Shown here in pieces: positions 36,898-44,481 of a stretch of DNA of 48,018 nt (position 1 is its first letter; each line of letters opens with the position of its first letter). The stretch lies in the IMG/VR virus record IMGVR_UViG_3300037722_000305, positions 1 through 48,018 of that record. The stretch is one strand, 5' to 3'. The DNA comes from a virus. Its lineage: Duplodnaviria; Caudoviricetes. Below the pieces are notes generated by a model. It was not told where the DNA came from and searched no databases. It saw only the letters and a program-made list of their open reading frames with translations. The position numbers and the translations under genes were made by a program.

Positions 36898-37178
36898 CCA
36901 TGAACCTGGCATCAAAAAATGATACACTAGCGCAAAATCAACAAAGTGAAGGATTGCGGATAGTGAGCAAGCAGGAAATCGAATGGATACGAACATCTGA
37001 GGCGGCTAAAATATTAGGTGTGAAAACCACGCAAGGCGCTTTACATATTCTACGAGGCGAGGGTAAGGTTAATCCAAAGTGGATTGTTCGACATTGGAAC
37101 ATTGGAACTGATGATATGCCACGATACCTAGTTGCTAAAGAGGATGTTATCGCCCTAGCCGAGCAACGCAAAAGTTAA
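36894..37178 (+). CDS. HTH_17/excisionase-like DNA-binding protein
   Basis: WIRTSEAAKILGV...RYLVAKEDV pattern. Confidence 0.6.
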   Translation: MTMNLASKNDTLAQNQQSEGLRIVSKQEIEWIRTSEAAKILGVKTTQGALHILRGEGKVNPKWIVRHWNIGTDDMPRYLVAKEDVIALAEQRKS

Positions 37179-37189
37179 ATTATTGTAAC

Positions 37190-37218
37190 TTGCGCTTGCG
37201 TAAACAATGGTGTATGAT
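37190..37218 (+). promoter_or_regulatory. Sigma70 promoter driving the tRNA-like RNA cassette
   Basis: TTGCGC-17 bp-TATGAT; predicted TSS about 37225. Confidence 0.65.
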
Positions 37219-37231
37219 AGTTGAAAGTGAA

Positions 37232-37307
37232 GGGGTGTATCTGGTATCGACACCGATTAAGACCTGAGAGGGTAGTCCGAAGCTAGGTTGCAAAGCCTAG
37301 CACTCCA
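37232..37307 (+). ncRNA. tRNA-like RNA resembling the tRNA-like domain of tmRNA (no mRNA-like domain)
   Basis: GGGGTG/CACTCC acceptor with G3:U70 and discriminator A; GG-TA-TCGAC motif; CTAGG-TTGCAAAG-CCTAG T-arm. Confidence 0.55.
37269..37307 (+). repeat. 39-bp direct repeat, copy 1
   Basis: AGGGTAGTCCGAAGCTAGGTTGCAAAGCCTAGCACTCCA; 38/39 identical to 38829-38867. Confidence 0.95.
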
Positions 37308-37337
37308 TTGGCAAATATAACAATAAATGAGGAAAAT

Positions 37338-37649
37338 ATGCAAATCAAACGGCAAGGCGACATTCTACTTATCAAACGTGATGCTCTGCCTGATGGCGAG
37401 GCAACCGCAATCAAACGCGATAACGGGCGCGTCGTTGTGGCATATGGTGAGGTGACAGGTCACGCCCATGCCACGACACAAGCAAGCGTGGAGCAAGTTG
37501 AAATTGATAATATTCGGTGGTTAATTGCGCCGAGTGAATTCGTGATTACACACGAGGAACACGCCCCCATCAGGCTAGATAGCGGCGTGTGGGAAATCTG
37601 CTACCAAGCGGAATACACACCCGAAGAAGTTCGGCGCGTGGTGGACTAG
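37338..37649 (+). CDS. Small His-motif (cupin-like) protein, usual partner of DUF6745-like genes
   Basis: RQGDILL, AYGEVTGHAH, HEEH..I.L..G.W....Q.EY.P; RBS GAGGA before ATG37338. Confidence 0.7.
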   Translation: MQIKRQGDILLIKRDALPDGEATAIKRDNGRVVVAYGEVTGHAHATTQASVEQVEIDNIRWLIAPSEFVITHEEHAPIRLDSGVWEICYQAEYTPEEVRRVVD

Positions 37650-37651
37650 AA

Positions 37652-38824
37652 ATGGATAAGATTAACGCGCTCACACTGGAGCAAGAGCAACAAATGGTAG
37701 CCTTCCGTGAGCAGTGGCGGGCTATTGGGATGGCAACAGGTGCGGCAAACCGCGCTATTGTTACACCAATAATTGAGAATTTCTATGCCGCTATTGGCAA
37801 AGAAAAACCTCATGTTTGGTATTGCCAATCCCCCATCCAGATTCAGCTAATATTAAATCTTCGGGATAATCTTGGGGATAATCTTCGGGATAATCTTGGG
37901 GATAATCTTCGGGATAATCTTGGGGATAATCTTGGGGCTAATCTTGGGGCTAATCTTGGGGATAATCTTCGGGATAATCTTCAGGATAATCTTCGGGATA
38001 ATCTTCGGGATAATCTTCAGGATAATCTTGGGGCTAATCTTCGGGCTAATCTTCGGGCTAATCTTGGGGCTAATCTTCGGGATAATCTTGGGGCTAATCA
38101 ATTGCGGTATTTCCCCACCTACGTATGGGGGGCACTCGATGCTTATTGGGTGGCTTATTATCTATATCCGCAAAAGTATCTCAAAGCGGATATTTACACA
38201 CCGTCAGATTTATCACAATTACGCCAATGGGGTAAATTGGCTGAGAATGCTTTCTGGGTCTATCCGTTTGAAAAGGTCTGCTTCGTATCGGATAGACCCT
38301 CAATCTTCAATATGGAAAATCAGAACGGACGTTATCAGTTGCATTCAGATAATGCCCCCGCCATCGGTTTTTCGGACGGGTACGAACATTACTACTACAA
38401 AGGGGTGCATGTGGAGGAGCAAATAATCATGCAACCCGATACTATCACCGTTGGTCAAATCCAAAACGAACGCAACGCAGAAGTACGGCGCGTGATGCTT
38501 GAGCGGTATCGCCTGAGCGAGCAGGTATCCGGCGAGGTATCCGGCGAAGCATTGTTTATCAAAGATGTCGGGATTGAGCCACAAGCCAGTGACGAGTACG
38601 GCACGGTGTACCTAAAATCATTCAGTGACGATGAAGCATTGTGCTATGTCAAAGTTACATGCCCAAGTACCGCACGTGTGTATTGGTTGCGCGTTGACCC
38701 GTCCGTCTACGACAATCAGGCGAGTATCAATCCACAGGCGGCTGTTGCGAGTACATGGCGACGGCAAGATGGTAGTTTATTTTTCGCAGACTGGCGCGAC
38801 TATGCACCAGTTGAACAATCATAG
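37652..38824 (+). CDS. DUF6745-like protein with an NL[RGQ][DA] tetrapeptide array
   Basis: W..SP, repeat block, WVYPFEKVCFVSDRP, LH....PAI.FSDG...YY.KGV.V, NAEVRRVMLE, V.V.CPST.R.YWLRV.P. Confidence 0.75.
   Translation: MDKINALTLEQEQQMVAFREQWRAIGMATGAANRAIVTPIIENFYAAIGKEKPHVWYCQSPIQIQLILNLRDNLGDNLRDNLGDNLRDNLGDNLGANLGANLGDNLRDNLQDNLRDNLRDNLQDNLGANLRANLRANLGANLRDNLGANQLRYFPTYVWGALDAYWVAYYLYPQKYLKADIYTPSDLSQLRQWGKLAENAFWVYPFEKVCFVSDRPSIFNMENQNGRYQLHSDNAPAIGFSDGYEHYYYKGVHVEEQIIMQPDTITVGQIQNERNAEVRRVMLERYRLSEQVSGEVSGEALFIKDVGIEPQASDEYGTVYLKSFSDDEALCYVKVTCPSTARVYWLRVDPSVYDNQASINPQAAVASTWRRQDGSLFFADWRDYAPVEQS
37856..38098 (+). repeat. 12-bp tandem repeat AATCTT(CG/GG/CA)GG(A/C)T, 20 units
   Basis: Counted directly; encodes NLRD, NLGD, NLGA, NLQD and NLRA. 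Confidence 0.95.
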
Positions 38825-38867
38825 GAGTAGGGTAGCCCGAAGCTAGGTTGCAAAGCCTAGCACTCCA
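38824..38867 (+). repeat. 39-bp direct repeat, copy 2 (38829-38867), with its own GGAGT acceptor strand; tRNA minihelix-like
   Basis: GGAGT(38824-28)/ACTCC(38862-66) plus GCTAGG-TTGCAAAG-CCTAGC. Confidence 0.9.
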
Positions 38868-38895
38868 ATAGCAATCGAATAGTAAGGACGTAATT

Positions 38896-39837
38896 TTGAT
38901 AGACCCGAACATGACAATTTATCCGGTAGTAGCACAAAAGCATATTGTATCAGTGTCAAGTGGAGCGCCAAGTGCGTTACTGCTGATGCTTATCAATCTT
39001 GCGGATACCTACGGCAAAAATAATGTGGTTGGTCTATTTGCTGATACGAACGCCGAGCATCCTGATAATTATCGTTTCCTGTATGACCTGCAACGCGCAG
39101 GATACGATATTGAATTTGTCACGACGGGGAAGTCACCGAACCAACTCCAACTAGAGCAAAATACTATTTTTACAAATTTTCTTGCGCCGTGTACGCGGCA
39201 ATTAAAATTAGAGCCGATACGCGAATTTGTCCAAACGATGCAACGGTGTGGCTATTTGTGTCATATGCACGTTGGGTTCACGGTGGAGGATGCAAAGCCA
39301 ACATCGGATAAACCAAACGGACGCATCACAGATACAAAAGCCTCATGGCTTTCCAATGGTGTAATCCCTCATTTTCACCTTGTGGACGAACAGTACAATC
39401 GGCAACAGGTGATGAGTGAGCTTAAGCAACGCGGCTTCATTGTGCCGATGAGTTACGCGCTTGGTTTTCCAAACGCGAACTGCCTAGCAGAAGGTGGGTG
39501 TGTGAAGGGTGGCAAAGGCTACATGCTGAAAATCCTAACGCACTTCCCCGAATATTACGCTAAACGCGAAGAAACCGAGCGGATTATCCGTATTCGCCAG
39601 TACAAAAAACAGCGCGAAAATGGTGTACGGGTAGCAGATATAAAACTGTACAGCTATCTCAAGAGCCAAGTCCACGCGGGCGGGCGCGTCACATTGAAGC
39701 AATTTCGATTAGAACACGAAGCGGCACAGCGTGATGATATGCAATTGAAATTATTTACGCTAGATGCTGACGGGGACTTATGCGGGGCGGAGTGTGGGGT
39801 ATCCAATCCGGGTATCTGGCAACAACCCGCCGCGTAA
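38896..39837 (+). CDS. PP-loop (PAPS reductase-like, adenine nucleotide alpha-hydrolase) protein
   Basis: IVSVSSGAPSA PP-loop, FADT..EHPDNYRFL, PCTRQLK, GF, YALGFPNANC..GGCVKGG, C-terminal CGAEC. Confidence 0.8.
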   Translation: MIDPNMTIYPVVAQKHIVSVSSGAPSALLLMLINLADTYGKNNVVGLFADTNAEHPDNYRFLYDLQRAGYDIEFVTTGKSPNQLQLEQNTIFTNFLAPCTRQLKLEPIREFVQTMQRCGYLCHMHVGFTVEDAKPTSDKPNGRITDTKASWLSNGVIPHFHLVDEQYNRQQVMSELKQRGFIVPMSYALGFPNANCLAEGGCVKGGKGYMLKILTHFPEYYAKREETERIIRIRQYKKQRENGVRVADIKLYSYLKSQVHAGGRVTLKQFRLEHEAAQRDDMQLKLFTLDADGDLCGAECGVSNPGIWQQPAA

Positions 39838-39854
39838 TTAACAAAACGAATAGC

Positions 39855-39883
39855 TTGATTTTTGAGGCGACTTGTGATAAGCT
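39855..39883 (+). promoter_or_regulatory. Sigma70-like promoter for the replication operon
   Basis: TTGATT-17 bp-TAAGCT with extended TG. Confidence 0.5.
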
Positions 39884-40080
39884 AGTGGGTAATTCGCATT
39901 AAGCGAAAAAGCGCACTTGCAATGCGCTTTAAAAAGTCTCGCGGACGATAACGACACTGTGGTTTTTATGTACCTCTATGCCGTCAACTTGTGCATATGG
40001 TACACCCGACACCCGTTATCTGTCAAGGGATTGATTAACATTTGTACATAAATGCACAATTAGATTACAAGGATTTATCC

Positions 40081-40797
40081 ATGTCAGATGAAAACAAGGT
40101 TGCAAACGACCAGAAACTTGCTTTAGACCTGCACGAAGTCCGCAATGATGAAACTGTATCGTTTCTCCTCGAGGAGCTAACCACTTCGCCTTTAACACAG
40201 CTAAATGTGAATGAACTGGTAGGGCGCATTGTCCAGATTGCGAACCGTCACATCTGGGAGTTTATGCTTGAGGCGTTGCAAGTTCCCGACACCGACCCCG
40301 CTACTCAATGGTGTGACCAGTGCAGTAATCAGGATTACGCCGAAATCATAGACGGACATTATTACTGTGCGGATTGTGCAGAGAAATACTATCACAATTT
40401 AGACACCGAGCCAGATACCGATGAATGGCGACGCAAGTATGCCATCGACAAAGAACCCGATACCCTTGATAAACACGGGGACTGGATTGTCCGCCCGAGA
40501 GGTTCATTGAAAGAATTAGGGCGTTACGGAACTTATGCCTCCGCGCGAAAAGCCGCAAAAAACGCAATCGACACCGAGCCTGCTACGGACGTAACACCCG
40601 AACAGGGCAAGCATTCTGTGGTGAAGGTACACGATGAATACGCCGTCGCAACAATTGATAAGCACGGTGATTTCTGCTACCGAGCGCCACCAGTGTACAA
40701 ATTTCCGTACACAATTCACGAACAGTGGGCAAGGTTGCACGCAACCGAAGCCGAAGCGCAAGCCGAAGCGGATAGGTTGAATGAGGCGGGGGCGTGA
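40081..40797 (+). CDS. Mosaic hypothetical protein with zinc finger
   Basis: RBS AAGGA before ATG40081; CDQC...YYCADC; repeated D[TK][ED]P[AD]T linkers. Confidence 0.6.
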   Translation: MSDENKVANDQKLALDLHEVRNDETVSFLLEELTTSPLTQLNVNELVGRIVQIANRHIWEFMLEALQVPDTDPATQWCDQCSNQDYAEIIDGHYYCADCAEKYYHNLDTEPDTDEWRRKYAIDKEPDTLDKHGDWIVRPRGSLKELGRYGTYASARKAAKNAIDTEPATDVTPEQGKHSVVKVHDEYAVATIDKHGDFCYRAPPVYKFPYTIHEQWARLHATEAEAQAEADRLNEAGA

Positions 40798-41846
40798 TGA
40801 GTGATTTTATTCCCAACACATTCCAGACACCCAACGCAATTATAGATACACTAATGTTTCTGCTCACAGATAGCGAATTTCGTGTACTTATGTACGCTGT
40901 TCGTCACATACTTGGCTGGACTAAAAAAGCCCCAACCCGTCGAGCCTGTATATCCCTATCAACATTTGAAGATGGATTTTCATATGATACTCCTGATGGA
41001 GAAATTAGTTATCCCGGTTGTGGGTTACGTGTAGCCCCTATTCGCAAAGCTTTAAAGTCACTCCAAAAATATCGCATTTTGAAAGCGATTGGCAAACCTT
41101 CACAGAAAGGGCAAAAATGGGAATTAGCCTTCATGACCGATGATGATGTAGACATTGCAGGTCTTAAATCCCGACAAAAAAATCAACGGGATAAAAATTA
41201 TAAACGGACGCAAAAAGCACGTGACGCATCTCCCAATAATCAAGAGGGGGTACTGTCCAACAGTTACACCATAGGGGGTACTGTCCAACAGTCAGGGGGG
41301 GGTACTGTCCAACAGTCAGGGGGGGGTACTGTCCAACAGTCAGGGGGGGGTACTGTCCAACAGTCAACAACGAAAGACCATAGTAAAGACCATAGTAAAG
41401 ACCAAAGAACTTTAGCGGTTGCACCGCAGACTACTGGCAATACCGAAGTAGACACTTCGGGTAAAAAGGATAAAGAACCCGACAAGCCGGACATCAAAGC
41501 ATTAGCCGATGTGATTGAAATTCATCTCGATATGCACAATGGGCGACAATGGAATATTGCCCATATGTTACAGGGAACGGCTAAGAAGGGCGAATATGCA
41601 GAATACGGGAAGCACTTTACCGATAACCCGATGAGTGGGGATGAGTTTGTTAAATTCATGGCATATTTTAATCGAGAGTGTGACGGATGCTCACTTGCAA
41701 AAGCTGAGACGATAGCTGATTGGGTGGGGAAATTCAGGGCGAACGCACAAAAGCAAGTAGATGATTTCCAGAGACGATTAGCGCATATGCCGAAACCTCT
41801 CAATTACGACAGTCTACCGAAGCGTGATGAGGCAAGACCAGCATGA
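40794..41846 (+). CDS. Phage replication initiator (lambda O-like N-terminal wHTH)
   Basis: PNTFQTPNAIID.LM..L...EFRVL.Y..R...GW...ISLS.F..G; internal iterons; followed by primase-helicase. Confidence 0.8.
   Translation: MMSDFIPNTFQTPNAIIDTLMFLLTDSEFRVLMYAVRHILGWTKKAPTRRACISLSTFEDGFSYDTPDGEISYPGCGLRVAPIRKALKSLQKYRILKAIGKPSQKGQKWELAFMTDDDVDIAGLKSRQKNQRDKNYKRTQKARDASPNNQEGVLSNSYTIGGTVQQSGGGTVQQSGGGTVQQSGGGTVQQSTTKDHSKDHSKDQRTLAVAPQTTGNTEVDTSGKKDKEPDKPDIKALADVIEIHLDMHNGRQWNIAHMLQGTAKKGEYAEYGKHFTDNPMSGDEFVKFMAYFNRECDGCSLAKAETIADWVGKFRANAQKQVDDFQRRLAHMPKPLNYDSLPKRDEARPA
41246..41403 (+). repeat. Putative origin: five iterons GGGGGTACTGTCCAACAGT plus AAAGACCATAGT repeats
   Basis: Copies at 41246, 41274, 41298, 41322 and 41346 (24-bp period for the last four), each with an ACTGT/ACAGT dyad; 12-mer repeat at 41373-41403. 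Confidence 0.85.
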
Positions 41847-43747
41847 GAAGTACAGCCGATAAAGTTCTATCAGAATTACAGGCGCGTGGATTTAAAAAGC
41901 GCGGCACGGAATGGCGGGGAAACCATCCATTCAAACCAGATAGCGACAGCGAGAGTTTTGCGGTCACCATTCGCGATGGTGAACACGGGGCGTACAAATA
42001 TTGGGCTGGGAACGAGCAGGGCAGTCTATACGACCTTGCGAAGCTATTCGATATTGAGACACCGAACGGCACAGGTATATCTGTATCGGATACCAAAATC
42101 AGCTATCAAAGCCTTGATGAGTATGCACAGAAGCACTATGCCCCTGTAGAGGCTTTCACAAAGGCGGGGTGGCAATACGAAACCATCTACAATCGTCCTG
42201 CTATAACATGGGAAGTGCGAACAGGTAAGCGGGTTCGGTGGTGTGATACATCTGAGTTTATGTGGCTTGGAGGCGGGTCTAATTGTTGGTACGGATTAGA
42301 CCGTGCTATCCAGATAGCGTACGAACGGAGTTATCCGATTGTTTTATGCAATGGCGAAGCGAGTACCATCGTTGCCCAACATTACGGCATACCCGCGTTT
42401 AGCGGCACGGGTGGGGAAGGTGCAATCTCGGATGAGATGAAAAAGTACCTAGATGATAAGTGGCAAGGACAAGTTATCATCGCCCTCGATTGCGACACAA
42501 AGGGTCGTGATGCGGCGCAGGATGTTCACACAATTTTGGGGCGCGGGGCAATTATTGATTTAGGATTATCTGATAAAGGCGACTTGGCAGATTTTTGTGG
42601 GTTACACGCCAATTATAACCCGATGAAAGCACTACAGGCACTTGCGAGAACCGAAATGCAAGTGGCAACGGATGACTTGACAAGCCATATCGAATTCATA
42701 TCAAACCATGCGCTATTAATAGATTTTGGAAAGTTCCTTGAAGAAGACCCGTCGCTATTCGGTAGAACAATTCGTATGCCATTTCATTCGATGCGTGCGG
42801 CTGGTGGTTTCGCCAGTATCATGACCACGAAAAAAGTCTGGTTCATTGGCAATATCTCAGGTGGCGGTAAGACCTTGATGAGCGAGACACTATGCGATGA
42901 GTATAACCGTTTGGGTTACAACGTGGTGTATATCGGCTCGGAGTGGTCACCTATGGAATTACAAGCCCGGCAGGTGCAACGCGCCTACAAAGGCTTACCA
43001 TTGCTCACGTACAATGATTATCTTCAAATTGCGAACGGTGTACAGATACCGAGCCACGATATGATTACAAACGCGGCATACGCGGCACGGGCTATTCGTA
43101 GCAGACCCGGTAAGACATGGTTTATGAGTATCAAAAATGATGTTGCAATCACCAACCCCGACAAGATGGTCGTATTTCTTGAGGATACATTGAATTCATT
43201 GGCACAAACAATCCAGACACTCCGTGCCAACAATGAAAATATTGATGTTGTGGTGATGGATTACTTATCGCTTTACGAGACACGGGGAACAGCCAATAAC
43301 CTTGAGGAATATAAAGCGGGTGTTTTTAAAGCCTACTGCAATTCACTGGATGTTCTCGGCATTAGCACCGTGCAAGTCAAAAAAGAAGCTGAGGACAGGG
43401 TGGTTAATCGGGGCGGGTTTTTGGGGAAACACGATTTATATTGGGTGCGTCCTGATAAGGCGAATTTTATCACAACGATGAATGTGATTTACAAACCGCG
43501 TATTGAAGTTGAAAATGGGCTAGACCCCAGTGAAGCTGTAAAGCCATATCTTAATCTGAATGGAGAACCCGAACCCACTCCAAACTTTGGAATGTCTGTT
43601 GTAAAAAACAGTGTTGGCTCACCTTATCATCACGCATACTTCCACTTCGATTATGACCACCTGCGCGTAATTGAAGGGTTGCACCCTGACTACGAATATA
43701 GCAAAACCTATGGTATCCCGATTAAGAAAATTCAGAGATACGGGTAG
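41843..43747 (+). CDS. Primase-helicase (TOPRIM plus DnaB/RecA-like helicase)
   Basis: YGLD, LCNGEA, IIALDCDTKG, KGDLADF (TOPRIM); GNISGGGKT Walker A, VVMDYL Walker B, KN. Confidence 0.85.
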   Translation: MRSTADKVLSELQARGFKKRGTEWRGNHPFKPDSDSESFAVTIRDGEHGAYKYWAGNEQGSLYDLAKLFDIETPNGTGISVSDTKISYQSLDEYAQKHYAPVEAFTKAGWQYETIYNRPAITWEVRTGKRVRWCDTSEFMWLGGGSNCWYGLDRAIQIAYERSYPIVLCNGEASTIVAQHYGIPAFSGTGGEGAISDEMKKYLDDKWQGQVIIALDCDTKGRDAAQDVHTILGRGAIIDLGLSDKGDLADFCGLHANYNPMKALQALARTEMQVATDDLTSHIEFISNHALLIDFGKFLEEDPSLFGRTIRMPFHSMRAAGGFASIMTTKKVWFIGNISGGGKTLMSETLCDEYNRLGYNVVYIGSEWSPMELQARQVQRAYKGLPLLTYNDYLQIANGVQIPSHDMITNAAYAARAIRSRPGKTWFMSIKNDVAITNPDKMVVFLEDTLNSLAQTIQTLRANNENIDVVVMDYLSLYETRGTANNLEEYKAGVFKAYCNSLDVLGISTVQVKKEAEDRVVNRGGFLGKHDLYWVRPDKANFITTMNVIYKPRIEVENGLDPSEAVKPYLNLNGEPEPTPNFGMSVVKNSVGSPYHHAYFHFDYDHLRVIEGLHPDYEYSKTYGIPIKKIQRYG

Positions 43748-43800
43748 TCAGGCGCGGACACGTACCGCAAGCAGGACAAAGACACAGCATAGGAGGCTGG

Positions 43801-44154
43801 ATGATGAAAAAAATATCAGAAGAAAAAATTCAAAATTTGTACGCGATGTTGCAGGGCGACTTGTTAGACAAAGGTGTAACGATTGATACCATGCCAAACC
43901 TGACAGCAAGCCAAGCGTTCTCGGTTATCTGGTACTTGCAAGAGCAGATGCGGATTTTGCCCGATTGCTACGAAATGTGTGTTGAATGCCACCGATTGAT
44001 GAATACAGAAGAGGGGATGTATTCGTCAAACGGAGATGACGAAATCTCACAAGCGCACGAGTTCCCCACAGACGGTCACTATTGCGAGTTCTGTAGTATC
44101 AAGTATTACGATGATGATAAGTATAACGCACTGATGGATGATGACACAGCGTAG
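43801..44154 (+). CDS. Hypothetical protein (zinc-binding CxxC x2)
   Basis: RBS AGGAGG; CVEC and CEFC. Confidence 0.6.
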   Translation: MMKKISEEKIQNLYAMLQGDLLDKGVTIDTMPNLTASQAFSVIWYLQEQMRILPDCYEMCVECHRLMNTEEGMYSSNGDDEISQAHEFPTDGHYCEFCSIKYYDDDKYNALMDDDTA

Positions 44155-44250
44155 GGGATTGTCCCTACAATCGACAACGGGCGCATCCGCAAAGAGTACG
44201 CCCGTCCAGCCAAGCACAACACAATGAACTTAGCATAAGGAATTTTACCA

Positions 44251-44475
44251 ATGAATGCACAAACCAACAACCGTACACCTATCGAAAAATTATTCGACAT
44301 CGCCGCGTTTCGCTGTGAGCAAGCGCAATGCCGCCTCGAAGAAACGCATACCGCATGGCAACAAGGTAGGGCAAACGACTATGAATTGTCGGATGCAGAC
44401 TTCAAGGCGCAGGTGGCACATCGCCTGCTGAACGAAGTGTGGGAAATGTTGCGAAATGAACTCAAATCGTACTAA
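44251..44475 (+). CDS. Hypothetical protein
   Basis: RBS AAGGA. Confidence 0.55.
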   Translation: MNAQTNNRTPIEKLFDIAAFRCEQAQCRLEETHTAWQQGRANDYELSDADFKAQVAHRLLNEVWEMLRNELKSY

Positions 44476-44481
44476 AACGAA

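Noticed and set aside
36894-37178. Excisionase implying an integration module
   Set aside because: HTH_17-like proteins are often plain regulators, and no integrase was found.
37232-37307. Canonical tRNA or full-length tmRNA (ssrA) gene
   Set aside because: No proper D-stem or 7-nt anticodon loop, a non-canonical T-loop, and no space for a tag ORF; reported only as tRNA-like.
37856-38098. CRISPR, TIGR or other guide array
   Set aside because: The units are contiguous 12-mers with no unique spacers, lie in frame within a gene, and no Cas or Nop-domain gene was recognised.
37853-38426. Alternative-frame ORFs (GIIF repeats on +, IIPK repeats on -)
   Set aside because: They are open only because the 12-mer lacks stops in those frames; no RBS or conserved motifs.
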